Part shown: positions 55,470 to 64,000 of the stretch, piece after piece
Layout: each line of letters opens with the position of its first letter
Position numbering within the stretch: position 1 is the stretch's first letter
Source: Acetofilamentum sp.
GTDB lineage: Bacteria; Bacteroidota; Bacteroidia; Bacteroidales; JAADGE01
Length of the DNA stretch: 64,000 bases
Assembly (NCBI GenBank): GCA_020720665.1
Contig: DYOF01000001.1
Coordinates: forward strand, 25,950-89,949
Reading direction: 5' to 3'
Notes under the pieces: model-generated
Told to the model about the DNA's origin: nothing
Seen by the model: only the letters and a program-made list of their open reading frames with translations
Database searches by the model: none
Made by a program: the position numbers and the translations under genes

Positions 55470-56837
55470 ATGACACCACAAAATATAGTAGCATCTCAAA
55501 GAGAATTCTTTTTGTCAGGACAAACCAAACCTGTAAAATTCAGGCTTAAACAATTAAAAAAGCTAAAAGAAGCCCTCCAATTAAATGAAAAATATTTGTA
55601 TGAAGCAATTTACAAAGATTTCGGCAAATCTGAATTTGAAACCTATGCTACAGAATTATCTATGACCTACGCTGAAATAAATTTAGCTATAAAAAAAATA
55701 TCGAAATGGTCAGCAAACAAAAAAACAAAAACAAATATTGCAAATCTTCCGGGAAAAAGTTTTATAGTACCTGAACCCTTAGGAGTTTGTTTGGTTATAG
55801 GGGCATGGAATTATCCGATTCAATTGTCATTAATCCCTTTAATATCTGCAATTGCTGCCGGAAATACGGTTATTCTGAAACCAAGTGAAATTTCAAAAAA
55901 TACCTCTTCCGTTTTAACAAAAATCCTAAACCGTGTTTTTATACCCGAAATTATTCATGTATTTGAAGGCGGAATTAAGGAAACCCAAGAATTATTAGAA
56001 ATTAAATTCGACAAAATATTTTTTACCGGAAGTGTTCCTGTAGGAAAACTTATATATCAAGCTGCTGCAAAACAAATGACTCCGGTAACTTTAGAACTCG
56101 GAGGCAAAAGTCCGGCTATTGTTCTGAAAGATGCAAATTTAAAAATGACGGCAAAACGCTTAGTTTGGGGTAAATTTTTAAATGCCGGACAAACATGCGT
56201 TGCAACCGACTATATTTTAGTAGAAAAATCAGTTGAAGAGAAACTCTTGAATGAATTAAAAACTCAAATTGAAATTCAATTTCCTAATTTTGATACACTT
56301 CCCGAAAATTACGTTCAAATTATAAATGACAGTAATTTTGAACGCTTAATGAATTTAATAGATAAAACTAAAATATTTATCGGAGGAAATTCTGATAAAG
56401 AAAAAAGGCTGATTTATCCTACGATACTACACAAAATCAATTTTAATGACACTATAATGAAAGATGAAATTTTCGGGCCTCTTTTACCTGTTATAGCTTT
56501 TGATTCGCTTGATGATGCATTAAGCAAAATTAATAACAAGCCAAAACCTTTGGCTTTATATGTGTTTTCAAAAAATAAAAAAATCGTAGAATATATTTTG
56601 AACAATGTTTCATTCGGTGGCGGTGCTGTTAATGATTCAATAATGCATTTAACAAATCATCATTTACCGTTCGGCGGAATCGGAACAAGCGGCATCGGGA
56701 ATTATCACGGATATCACGGATTTAAAACGTTTTCGCATTTTAAAAGCATCTTAAAAAAGCCCTTTTGGTTTGAACCTCCCATGAAGTATGCACCTTACAC
56801 ATTAAAAAAACTTAATTGGTTAAAACGTTTAATGTAA
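55470..56837 (+). CDS. NAD(P)-dependent aldehyde dehydrogenase (class 3-like)
   Basis: 455 aa. GAWNYP, FTGS, ELGGKSP, catalytic Cys in NAGQTCVATDY, EIFGP. Confidence 0.9.
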   Translation: MTPQNIVASQREFFLSGQTKPVKFRLKQLKKLKEALQLNEKYLYEAIYKDFGKSEFETYATELSMTYAEINLAIKKISKWSANKKTKTNIANLPGKSFIVPEPLGVCLVIGAWNYPIQLSLIPLISAIAAGNTVILKPSEISKNTSSVLTKILNRVFIPEIIHVFEGGIKETQELLEIKFDKIFFTGSVPVGKLIYQAAAKQMTPVTLELGGKSPAIVLKDANLKMTAKRLVWGKFLNAGQTCVATDYILVEKSVEEKLLNELKTQIEIQFPNFDTLPENYVQIINDSNFERLMNLIDKTKIFIGGNSDKEKRLIYPTILHKINFNDTIMKDEIFGPLLPVIAFDSLDDALSKINNKPKPLALYVFSKNKKIVEYILNNVSFGGGAVNDSIMHLTNHHLPFGGIGTSGIGNYHGYHGFKTFSHFKSILKKPFWFEPPMKYAPYTLKKLNWLKRLM

Positions 56838-56893
56838 AAAAAAGAGGATGAATTCTTTTATTCAGCCTCTTTTAAATATGAATAAAGCCTATT

Positions 56894-58309
56894 TTAGTAT
56901 CTGTAATGGTCTGATTTATAAGGACCTGATACGGGCACTCCGATATATTCGGCTTGAACATCAGTTAAAACAGTAAGTTTGGCACCGACATGAGCAAGAT
57001 GTAATCGGGCAACTTCTTCATCTAATTCTTTCGGCAATCTGTAAACACCGATTTCATAATCTTTTTGCCATAACTCTAATTGAGCCAAGGTTTGGTTGGT
57101 AAAAGAATTACTCATTACAAATGACGGATGTCCTGTTGCATTTCCTAAGTTAACTAATCGTCCTTCTGATAGCAAAATAATTGAATGTCCGTCAGGGAAT
57201 GTAAATTGATCAACTTGCGGTTTTATTCGGTTTCTTACAATTCCCGGATACTTCATTAATTTTTCAACTTGAATTTCATTATCAAAATGACCGATATTAC
57301 AAACTATGGATTTGTCTTTCATTTTCTCCATGTGTTTAATAGTAATGACATCTTTATTTCCGGTTGTTGTAACGTATATATCACCTTCATGCAGCATATC
57401 TTCAATACGTTTTACGGCAAAACCTTCCATGGTGGCTTGTAAAGCACAAATGGGGTCAATTTCTGTAACCGTTACTCTTGCACCATAACCGACCATTGAT
57501 TTTGCAGAACCTTTTCCTACATCACCGTATCCTAAGACAACTACTTTTTTCCCGGCTAACATGATGTCTGTTGCTCGTTTTATTCCGTCAGGTAAAGATT
57601 CACGACATCCGTAGGTATTATCAAATTTAGATTTTGTAACCGAATCGTTCACATTTATTGCGGGGAATAATAATTTTCCTTTTTGCATTAATTGGTATAA
57701 ACGATGTACACCTGTTGTTGTCTCCTCTGAAACGCCTCTCAGTGATTTAACGGTTTTATGCCAAATATCGGGGCTTTCAGCCAAAATTATTTTTAATCGT
57801 TTCAATAATTCCCTTTCATCTTCTTGTGTAACATTTTCATCCAAAACTGATGCATTGTTTTCAGCTTCAAATCCTTTTAAAACCATCATGGTTGCATCTC
57901 CTCCGTCGTCAACAATTAAATCGGGAGTTCCGCCGTTTGGAAACAGTAATGCTTTTTCTGTACACCACCAATATTCTTCAAGAGTTTCACCTTCCCACGC
58001 AAAAACGGGTATTCCTGTTGCGGCAATTGCAGCTGCGGCATGATCTTGTGTTGAAAAAATATTACAACTTGCCCAGCGAACCTCAGCACCCAATTCAACT
58101 AACGTTTCAATTAAAACGGCGGTTTGAATGGTCATGTGTAATGAACCTGTAATTTTTGCACCTTTTAAGGGTTTGCTTGCTCCGTATTTTTTTCTTAAGG
58201 ACATCAGACCCGGCATTTCATGTTCTGCAAGAATAATTTCTTTCCGTCCGAAATCTGCCAAACTTATGTCTTTTACTTTGTAATCATTTGTTTTTAATGT
58301 GTTTGTCAT
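56894..58309 (-). CDS. ahcY: adenosylhomocysteinase
   Basis: [30 protein letters not shown] loop [16 protein letters not shown] and C-terminal [13 protein letters not shown] 58309 is preferred to the track start 58342. Confidence 0.95.
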   Translation of the reverse strand: MTNTLKTNDYKVKDISLADFGRKEIILAEHEMPGLMSLRKKYGASKPLKGAKITGSLHMTIQTAVLIETLVELGAEVRWASCNIFSTQDHAAAAIAATGIPVFAWEGETLEEYWWCTEKALLFPNGGTPDLIVDDGGDATMMVLKGFEAENNASVLDENVTQEDERELLKRLKIILAESPDIWHKTVKSLRGVSEETTTGVHRLYQLMQKGKLLFPAINVNDSVTKSKFDNTYGCRESLPDGIKRATDIMLAGKKVVVLGYGDVGKGSAKSMVGYGARVTVTEIDPICALQATMEGFAVKRIEDMLHEGDIYVTTTGNKDVITIKHMEKMKDKSIVCNIGHFDNEIQVEKLMKYPGIVRNRIKPQVDQFTFPDGHSIILLSEGRLVNLGNATGHPSFVMSNSFTNQTLAQLELWQKDYEIGVYRLPKELDEEVARLHLAHVGAKLTVLTDVQAEYIGVPVSGPYKSDHYRY

Positions 58310-58414
58310 TTTATTTTTTTTATTTAGCCTGCAAATATACATTTTTTATTTTCGATATAAATATAAAAATATCAATTCATGAGTACTTAAAATTTTAATC
58401 ATAAGGATTTTTTT

Positions 58415-58422
58415 TAATTTTG
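58415..58422 (+). promoter_or_regulatory. candidate -7 promoter box (TAnnTTTG)
   Basis: TAATTTTG, 21 nt before the ATG at 58443. Confidence 0.35.
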
Positions 58423-58442
58423 TCCTTATTCAAATTTAAAAT

Positions 58443-59318
58443 ATGAAAGCATACGTATTTCCGGGTCAAGGAGCCCAATTTCCCGGTATGGGCAAAGATT
58501 TGTATGATAATTCTGAGCTTGCCAGAGAATTATTCGAAAGAGCAAATGAAATTTTAGGTTTCAGAATTACTGATATAATGTTTAACGGAACAGAAGAAGA
58601 CCTTAAACAAACAAAAGTAACTCAACCGGCAATTTTCCTACATTCAGTAATATCAGCAAAAACGCTTGGTGATGATTTCAAACCGGATATGGTTGCAGGT
58701 CATTCATTAGGTGAATTTTCGGCATTAACAGCTAACGGAGCTTTATCATTTGAAGACGGTTTAATTTTAGTTTCAAAACGTGCATCAGCAATGCAAAAGG
58801 CTTGCGAAATTGAACCTTCAACAATGGCTGCTGTTTTAGGTTTAGATGATGATAAAGTAGAAGAAATTTGTGCTTCAATAAAGGATATTGTAGTTCCCGC
58901 AAACTACAACACTGACGGACAAATTGTTATATCCGGCTCTGAAAAAGGAATAGATGAGGCAATTATAAAATTAACAGAAGCCGGGGCAAAAAGAGCATTA
59001 AAATTAAATGTCGGCGGTGCATTTCACTCACCCTTAATGGAACCGGCTCGTGAAGAATTAGCCACAGCTATAGAAAATACAACATTTAGCATGCCGATTT
59101 GTCCTGTTTACCAAAATGTTGATGCAAAACCGGTTACAAATACCGAAATAATTAAAGAAAATTTAGTTTCGCAATTAACTTCACCGGTCAGATGGACACA
59201 GATTATGAAAAACATGATTTCAGATGGTGCAAAATCATATACAGAAGTAGGACCGGGAAAAGTTTTACAAGGCTTAATAAAAAAAATTGACAGACAGTTT
59301 CCTACTTTCAGTGCATAA
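58443..59318 (+). CDS. fabD: malonyl-CoA:ACP transacylase FabD
   Basis: FPGQGAQFPGMG, active-site GHSLGEFSAL, GAFHSPLM. Confidence 0.95.
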   Translation: MKAYVFPGQGAQFPGMGKDLYDNSELARELFERANEILGFRITDIMFNGTEEDLKQTKVTQPAIFLHSVISAKTLGDDFKPDMVAGHSLGEFSALTANGALSFEDGLILVSKRASAMQKACEIEPSTMAAVLGLDDDKVEEICASIKDIVVPANYNTDGQIVISGSEKGIDEAIIKLTEAGAKRALKLNVGGAFHSPLMEPAREELATAIENTTFSMPICPVYQNVDAKPVTNTEIIKENLVSQLTSPVRWTQIMKNMISDGAKSYTEVGPGKVLQGLIKKIDRQFPTFSA

Positions 59319-59354
59319 TAATTTTTATTTGCTGTCAAGTTTACTTTCAGTGAA

Positions 59355-59603
59355 GGCTCCGCCGTTCACAAGGTTGTTGTTAAAAAAGAGGATACGATTT
59401 ATGCTTTATCTGACGGGTATGTTGACCAATTCGGAGGAGATTTGGGCGGTAAATTCAAAAGCGGCAGATTTGAAAACATGCTGTTATCCTTTCAAGATAA
59501 ATCCTTGGAAGAACAAAAACATATTATCAACCGAACATTTACAAAATGGAAAAGAGACATTGAACAGGTTGATGATGTGTTAATTATAGGAATCAAAATT
59601 TAA
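59355..59603 (+). pseudogene. start-less C-terminal remnant of a SpoIIE/PP2C-type serine phosphatase
   Basis: Hand translation of the frame ending at TAA 59601-59603: ...GSAVHKVVVKKEDTIYALSDGYVDQFGGDLGGKFKSGRFENMLLSFQDKSLEEQKHIINRTFTKWKRDIEQVDDVLIIGIKI*. The frame opens only at 59322, right after the fabD stop, with no start codon before the homology. The track ORF 59287-59583 is in a different frame. Confidence 0.6.
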
Positions 59604-59617
59604 TCAGATGTAACTTA

Positions 59618-59652
59618 AAAAAGGTGATTTAAAAAATTAAAATCACCTTTTT
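59618..59652. terminator. bidirectional rho-independent terminator
   Basis: 13-bp stem: AAAAAGGTGATTT (59618-59630) pairs with AAATCACCTTTTT (59640-59652), between the remnant and the convergent 59679 gene. Confidence 0.7.
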
Positions 59653-59678
59653 AAGTTCTTACAATTTAACGTCTTTTT

Positions 59679-60146
59679 CTACCAAACCATACAAACTCCC
59701 AGTTTATAATTTGAGGCATAATATCCCATTTCCGAAAAAAATCCGAAATTTGAATTTTTAAATACGTACCTAAATCCTAAAAAGATGTCGGGGTGAAATA
59801 AATATTTTTCAGTCGGTGCAGTAGCAACTCCTACTCCGGAATAAATATCTAAAACCTTGGTTCTGAAAAAACCGGCATGGTAAATAATACGTAACGTTCC
59901 GGAAGCATCAATATCCGATTCTAAAAATAACAAATCTGAGGTTAAACCGACACCGATATAACCCAATTTTCTGATTTGAAATACTGAACGTTCATAACTA
60001 AAATTCGCACCGTATGCTTCTAATCCTATTGTTCTGTATCCGCCTCCTAAATGTAAGGCATTATTTCCTTTTCTGAAAACGTCTTGAGAAAAAGAAAACT
60101 GAACCGTAAACAAAATGAGTATAACCGCTAAAACATTTTTCAACAT
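59679..60146 (-). CDS. small secreted protein, probable outer-membrane beta-barrel
   Basis: Signal peptide, alternating beta-strand pattern and an aromatic C-terminal residue (…GVCMVW). Confidence 0.4.
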   Translation of the reverse strand: MLKNVLAVILILFTVQFSFSQDVFRKGNNALHLGGGYRTIGLEAYGANFSYERSVFQIRKLGYIGVGLTSDLLFLESDIDASGTLRIIYHAGFFRTKVLDIYSGVGVATAPTEKYLFHPDIFLGFRYVFKNSNFGFFSEMGYYASNYKLGVCMVW

Positions 60147-60295
60147 AACATTTGCTGTTTAATTAATTCTACATGTATTAAACTGTAAAAATAATATTTT
60201 TTTTCTTTTAAAACTTCTTTCAAAATTCATTTTAATCATAAGTTTATTTTAATTTAGTTTTCATCTTCGCTGTTTGATACAATTTAAAAATATTT

Positions 60296-60303
60296 TACCT
60301 TTG
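60296..60303 (+). promoter_or_regulatory. candidate -7 promoter box (TAnnTTTG)
   Basis: TACCTTTG, 26 nt before the ATG at 60329. Confidence 0.35.
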
Positions 60304-60328
60304 AAATTTTAAATTAAACCCTATTAAA

Positions 60329-61660
60329 ATGAAAGCTTTTCATGCATACGACATAAGAGGTATTTACAATCAGGATTTCAATAAAGATGATGCCTATAAA
60401 ATCGGATATTTTTTACCGAAATTGCTTAACACAAATAAAATTTTAACAGGGCGAGATGTCAGAGTTTCATCACCCGAAATTTTTGAATACTTATGCAGAG
60501 GGATAAACGATGCCGGCGCCGATGTATATAATTTGGGTTTATCAACAACACCGATGGTTTATTTCATTACAGCCAAACATAAATTTGATGCTTCGGTAAT
60601 GATAACGGCATCGCATAATTCAAAAGAATATAACGGGATGAAAATTTCTCGAACGGATGCTTTACCGGTCGGGTATGATTCCGGATTGAAAGAAATTGAG
60701 TTGATGATGAATTCGGAACCGATTATTGTAAAAGAGCAAAAAGGAAAAATCATTGACTACCCTCAAAAAGAAGAATATATTAATTTTTTAAAAACATATG
60801 TGCCGGACATTTCAAAACTAAATGTCGCCATTGACTGCTCAAACGGAATGGCCGGGCTTTTAATTAAAGATTTATTAGCCGACAGCCCCAAATATATCTA
60901 TGACGAACTCGACGGTACATTTCCTAATCACGAGGCAAACCCTTTAGTTGCAAAAAATATTGTTGACCTTCAAAATTTAGTTAAAAAAGAAAAATCGGAT
61001 ATCGGTATTATTTTTGACGGTGATGCCGACCGAGTTATGTTTGTTGATGAACATGCCAAATTCATTTCCCCCGACCTGATGATTGCAGTTTTAGCTGATT
61101 ATTACAAAAACGAAAGCGGCAAATTCCTACAAGATATAAGAACTTCGAAAGCTGTTGCCGAATATATCGGAAATAGATTTGAAAAAGAAATGTGGCGTGT
61201 CGGCAGGGCATATGCTGCAGTAAAATTACGTGAAATTAAAGGTATCTTTGGCGGTGAGTTAGCCGGACATTATTATTTCAGAGATTTTTATTTCTCAGAC
61301 TCCGGTTTATTGGCAAGTTTGATTTTTTTAAGCGTTATTGCAGAAAACAAGAAAAAAGGAATTTCTGTTTCAAAAATGATTTCAAAAATTGAAGCTTATA
61401 ATAACTCCGGTGAAATAAATTTTAAAATAGAGCACAAAAAAGAAGCAATGAATGCCGTTAAAGATTTTTACTTTAAACAAGCTCAACCTGATGCTTTTTT
61501 TGATTTTGACGGATACCGCTTAGAATATGAAGATTGGTGGTTTAACATACGCCCTTCAAATACCGAACCCTATTTAAGAATGTTGGTTGAAGCTAAATCA
61601 AAAGAATTATTAGATACAAAAGTTAAAGAAATTACCGATATTATTCACGGTTTTAATTAA
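60329..61660 (+). CDS. phosphomannomutase/phosphoglucomutase (alpha-D-phosphohexomutase)
   Basis: Phosphoserine loop ITASHNSKEYNGMK, Mg loop FDGDADR, sugar loop GGELAGH and phosphate loop RPSNTEP. Confidence 0.85.
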   Translation: MKAFHAYDIRGIYNQDFNKDDAYKIGYFLPKLLNTNKILTGRDVRVSSPEIFEYLCRGINDAGADVYNLGLSTTPMVYFITAKHKFDASVMITASHNSKEYNGMKISRTDALPVGYDSGLKEIELMMNSEPIIVKEQKGKIIDYPQKEEYINFLKTYVPDISKLNVAIDCSNGMAGLLIKDLLADSPKYIYDELDGTFPNHEANPLVAKNIVDLQNLVKKEKSDIGIIFDGDADRVMFVDEHAKFISPDLMIAVLADYYKNESGKFLQDIRTSKAVAEYIGNRFEKEMWRVGRAYAAVKLREIKGIFGGELAGHYYFRDFYFSDSGLLASLIFLSVIAENKKKGISVSKMISKIEAYNNSGEINFKIEHKKEAMNAVKDFYFKQAQPDAFFDFDGYRLEYEDWWFNIRPSNTEPYLRMLVEAKSKELLDTKVKEITDIIHGFN

Positions 61661-61804
61661 TAACTCATGCCGTAACTCAATATATGTCAAATTCAGAATA
61701 AAAATAATATTAATATTTTTTTTATTAACATTGACATGTTTAAAATATTTAGTTCCTTTGCAAAAAAAATCCGAAAATAAACTCTCGGAATAATAAATTT
61801 AAAA

Positions 61805-62158
61805 ATGAACATACAAGTCTTAAAATCTAAAATTCACAGAGTCACTGTCACCGGTGCAGACTTGAATTATGTAGGAAGCATTACCATTGATGAAACATTA
61901 ATGGAAGCAGCCAACATTATAGAAGGTGAAAAAGTCCAAATTGTGAATAACAATAACGGTGAGCGAATTGAAACCTACGTCATAAAAGGAAAACGTGATT
62001 CCGGAAAAATTGAACTTAACGGGGCTGCTGCTCGGCGTGTTCAACCCGGCGATATCATTATCATTTTTTCTTATGCCCTCATGGATTTTGAAGAAGCTAA
62101 ATCATTTAAACCTTGCGTTGTTTTTCCCGATACCGAAACAAATAAAATAATTTCGTAA
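61805..62158 (+). CDS. panD: aspartate 1-decarboxylase proenzyme
   Basis: [25 protein letters not shown] (Gly-Ser self-cleavage site), 117 aa. Confidence 0.95.
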   Translation: MNIQVLKSKIHRVTVTGADLNYVGSITIDETLMEAANIIEGEKVQIVNNNNGERIETYVIKGKRDSGKIELNGAAARRVQPGDIIIIFSYALMDFEEAKSFKPCVVFPDTETNKIIS

Positions 62159-62245
62159 ATAAGGAATTTCAAGCATTTTATAATAGCATTGTTTTTGCTA
62201 AATATCTGAATTTTATTTATTTTTGCTTATCATTAAAAAAGAGTT

Positions 62246-62842
62246 ATGAATAAACTTTTCTTTCTTTCGCTTCTGCTTTCCGTATTGTTTATCAATCAAA
62301 CACGTTCGCAAGATATTGACATTTTTAACAAACACCAAAACGATAATTTCAAAATGCCCTCTGTTGATAAATCCATGTCTTTTTCTGAATATCAACTTTT
62401 ATCAAGAGACCTTCGAATGAAACACATGCTGTATGCAATGATTGTTCCGGGTTATACACATTTTTATGCCCATGAAAACGAATTGGGCTACAGTATGCTT
62501 GCAACACGCTTAACCGGATATGCCGGATTAGCTTATGTTCTTTCAAACAACAGAGATAGTGTTGATTTAAAAAAACTCTTGTTGTTAAACTTTAATAAAA
62601 ATGATTTTTCAAGCGAAGAACAAAAAAAATACTCAACCATTACCACTATATCTTTGAGTTTGATTTTCGGAAGTTACTTGTTTGATTGGATACACGGACA
62701 ACATCGATTACAAAAAAAACAAGAAGATATACGCTTCAAGTTTAGCCCGCGATTACTTTCAGGAGTTTATTTTCAGGATAATAGATGCGAACTCTTTCAA
62801 AAACAGACTGTTCCGGGTTTTGAAATAAGTTTAACATTTTAA
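62246..62842 (+). CDS. hypothetical secreted/membrane protein
   Basis: 198-aa ORF with a signal peptide (MNKLFFLSLLLSVLFINQTRS) and two internal hydrophobic stretches. No family recognised. Confidence 0.35.
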   Translation: MNKLFFLSLLLSVLFINQTRSQDIDIFNKHQNDNFKMPSVDKSMSFSEYQLLSRDLRMKHMLYAMIVPGYTHFYAHENELGYSMLATRLTGYAGLAYVLSNNRDSVDLKKLLLLNFNKNDFSSEEQKKYSTITTISLSLIFGSYLFDWIHGQHRLQKKQEDIRFKFSPRLLSGVYFQDNRCELFQKQTVPGFEISLTF

Positions 62843-62913
62843 TATTACTGATTAAATAAGTTAAATTTAATCATTGAAAAGATAACTCAGATTTTATTCA
62901 TTTTTATACAAAC

Positions 62914-64000
62914 ATGGCTAAAGTTAAAACCGTTTTCGTATGTCAAAACTGCGGGAATAATGCAGCAAAGTGGGTTGGACAATGTAATGTCTGCGGTGAA
63001 TGGAACACTTTTGAAGAAGAAATTATTGAAAAAGTAAGCAGTTTTACTTCCGGTACCGAGAAAAAAGTTTCATCTAAACCACAATTAATTAAAGATATTT
63101 CTTCCGAAAAAGAAATCCGAATTAATACTTTAAACGGAGAATTTAATCGTGTTCTCGGCGGCGGATTGGTTATCGGCTCAATTGTACTGATTGGCGGTGA
63201 ACCCGGTATCGGCAAATCAACTTTGGCACTGCAAATAGCAACAAACTTAAATACATACAAAACTCTGTATGTTTCAGGTGAAGAAAGCCTGCAACAAATT
63301 AAACTTCGTGCCGAACGTATTGCTGACGGAGAAAATAATTGCTATGTTTTAAGTGAAACTCGCTTGGAAACAATTTTAAAACACACTGAAAATCTAAATC
63401 CAGATATCATTGTAATTGATTCAATACAAACTATTTCCACCGAACGAACCGATTCGTCTCCCGGAAGTGTTACCCAAATACGAGAATGCACTACCGAAAT
63501 TATGAAATATGCCAAGGAAAATAACAAACCTGTAATTTTAATAGGTCATATTAATAAAGAAGGTAACTTAGCCGGACCAAAAGTGCTGGAACACATAGTT
63601 GATACAGTCATTCAATTTGAAGGTGACAGAAACCATTTATATCGTATTATTAGAGCTACTAAAAATCGCTTCGGTTCAACGTCTGAGCTCGGCATTTATG
63701 AAATGAATAATAAAGGTTTAAGAGAAGTTCCTAATCCGTCTGAAATGCTGTTATCTCAAAATGCCGAAAACATGAGCGGTGTTGCAGTTTCTGCCACTAT
63801 TGAAGGCATTCGCCCGTTTTTAATTGAAGTACAAGCATTAGTAAGCACTGCTGCATACGGAACTCCGCAAAGAAGCTCAACCGGATTTAATGTCAGACGA
63901 TTAAACATGCTTTTAGCCGTTTTAGAAAAACGAGTACATTTTAAATTAGCAACCAAAGATGTATTTTTAAATATTGCAGGAGGCTTAAAAGTGGAAGACC
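62914..64000 (+). CDS. radA: DNA repair protein RadA/Sms (3' end beyond the window)
   Basis: Not in the ORF track because it has no stop in the window. Hand translation from ATG 62914: MAKVKTVFVCQNCGNNAAKWVGQCNVCGEWNTFEEE (Zn ribbon), Walker A GGEPGIGKSTL, and RadA motif KNRFGSTSELGIYEM near 63660. Confidence 0.9.
   Translation, partial: MAKVKTVFVCQNCGNNAAKWVGQCNVCGEWNTFEEEIIEKVSSFTSGTEKKVSSKPQLIKDISSEKEIRINTLNGEFNRVLGGGLVIGSIVLIGGEPGIGKSTLALQIATNLNTYKTLYVSGEESLQQIKLRAERIADGENNCYVLSETRLETILKHTENLNPDIIVIDSIQTISTERTDSSPGSVTQIRECTTEIMKYAKENNKPVILIGHINKEGNLAGPKVLEHIVDTVIQFEGDRNHLYRIIRATKNRFGSTSELGIYEMNNKGLREVPNPSEMLLSQNAENMSGVAVSATIEGIRPFLIEVQALVSTAAYGTPQRSSTGFNVRRLNMLLAVLEKRVHFKLATKDVFLNIAGGLKVED

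Noticed and set aside
59287-59583. 98-aa track ORF downstream of fabD
   Set aside because: Its translation (MTDSFLLSVHNNFYLL...) has no recognisable features, and it overlaps the fabD 3' end. A different frame over the same DNA gives a clear SpoIIE/PP2C C-terminal match.
1-64000. Search for mobile elements, prophage, CRISPR arrays, tRNA/rRNA genes and known defence systems
   Set aside because: No transposase, integrase, recombinase, Cas, restriction-modification, toxin-antitoxin, reverse-transcriptase or nuclease-NTPase type translations occur in any listed ORF. There are no spaced repeat arrays. No GC-rich cloverleaf-sized islands occur in the intergenic regions; the only GC-rich element is the simple hairpin at 19948-19980.

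Overview
AT-rich (by eye about 30% G+C) bacterial chromosome segment. Gene content, gene order and recurrent TAnnTTTG promoter boxes point to Bacteroidota. I support about 60 protein-coding genes. I saw no rRNA, tRNA, CRISPR array, transposase, integrase or recognisable defence genes. Layout: (i) 0.3-2.3 kb holds a two-gene N-acyl amino-acid lipid module. (ii) 2.4-17.8 kb holds a complete, tightly packed dcw cluster, mraZ-rsmH-ftsL-ftsI-murE-mraY-murD-ftsW-murG-murC-ftsQ-ftsA-ftsZ, preceded by three 10-bp-phased GTGG(G) repeats that look like a MraZ operator. (iii) 17.9-36.3 kb is mostly housekeeping: S1/CvfB, TonB-like, TPR, XRE HTH, OmpA-like, SlyD, amidohydrolase, YidD-like, stand-alone receiver, LolA-like, FtsK, BON-LysM, MltG, arginine deiminase family, Obg and thiolase. 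(iv) 36.6-43.7 kb is a complete chemosensory operon (MCP-CheR-REC-CheA-CheW-CheB). (v) 45.7-49.0 kb is a 1102-aa TM-HAMP-GAF-3xPAS sensor with no recognisable output domain and a tandemly duplicated PAS module. (vi) 49.2-53.5 kb is an ECF sigma/FecR anti-sigma pair. It is flanked by two paralogous CarboxypepD_reg proteins; one carries an STN-like signalling domain but has no TonB-dependent plug or barrel. (vii) 53.6-64.0 kb holds a lipoprotein, YkoF-like + PnuC, aldehyde dehydrogenase, AhcY, FabD, a start-less C-terminal remnant of a SpoIIE/PP2C phosphatase, an OMP-like protein, phosphomannomutase, PanD and a 5'-partial radA that runs off the window and is absent from the ORF track. The best candidates for undescribed biology are the Che operon in an apparently non-flagellar Bacteroidota context, the barrel-less STN/ECF/FecR module and the output-less sensor. 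All three rest on reading the translations; I ran no database search.
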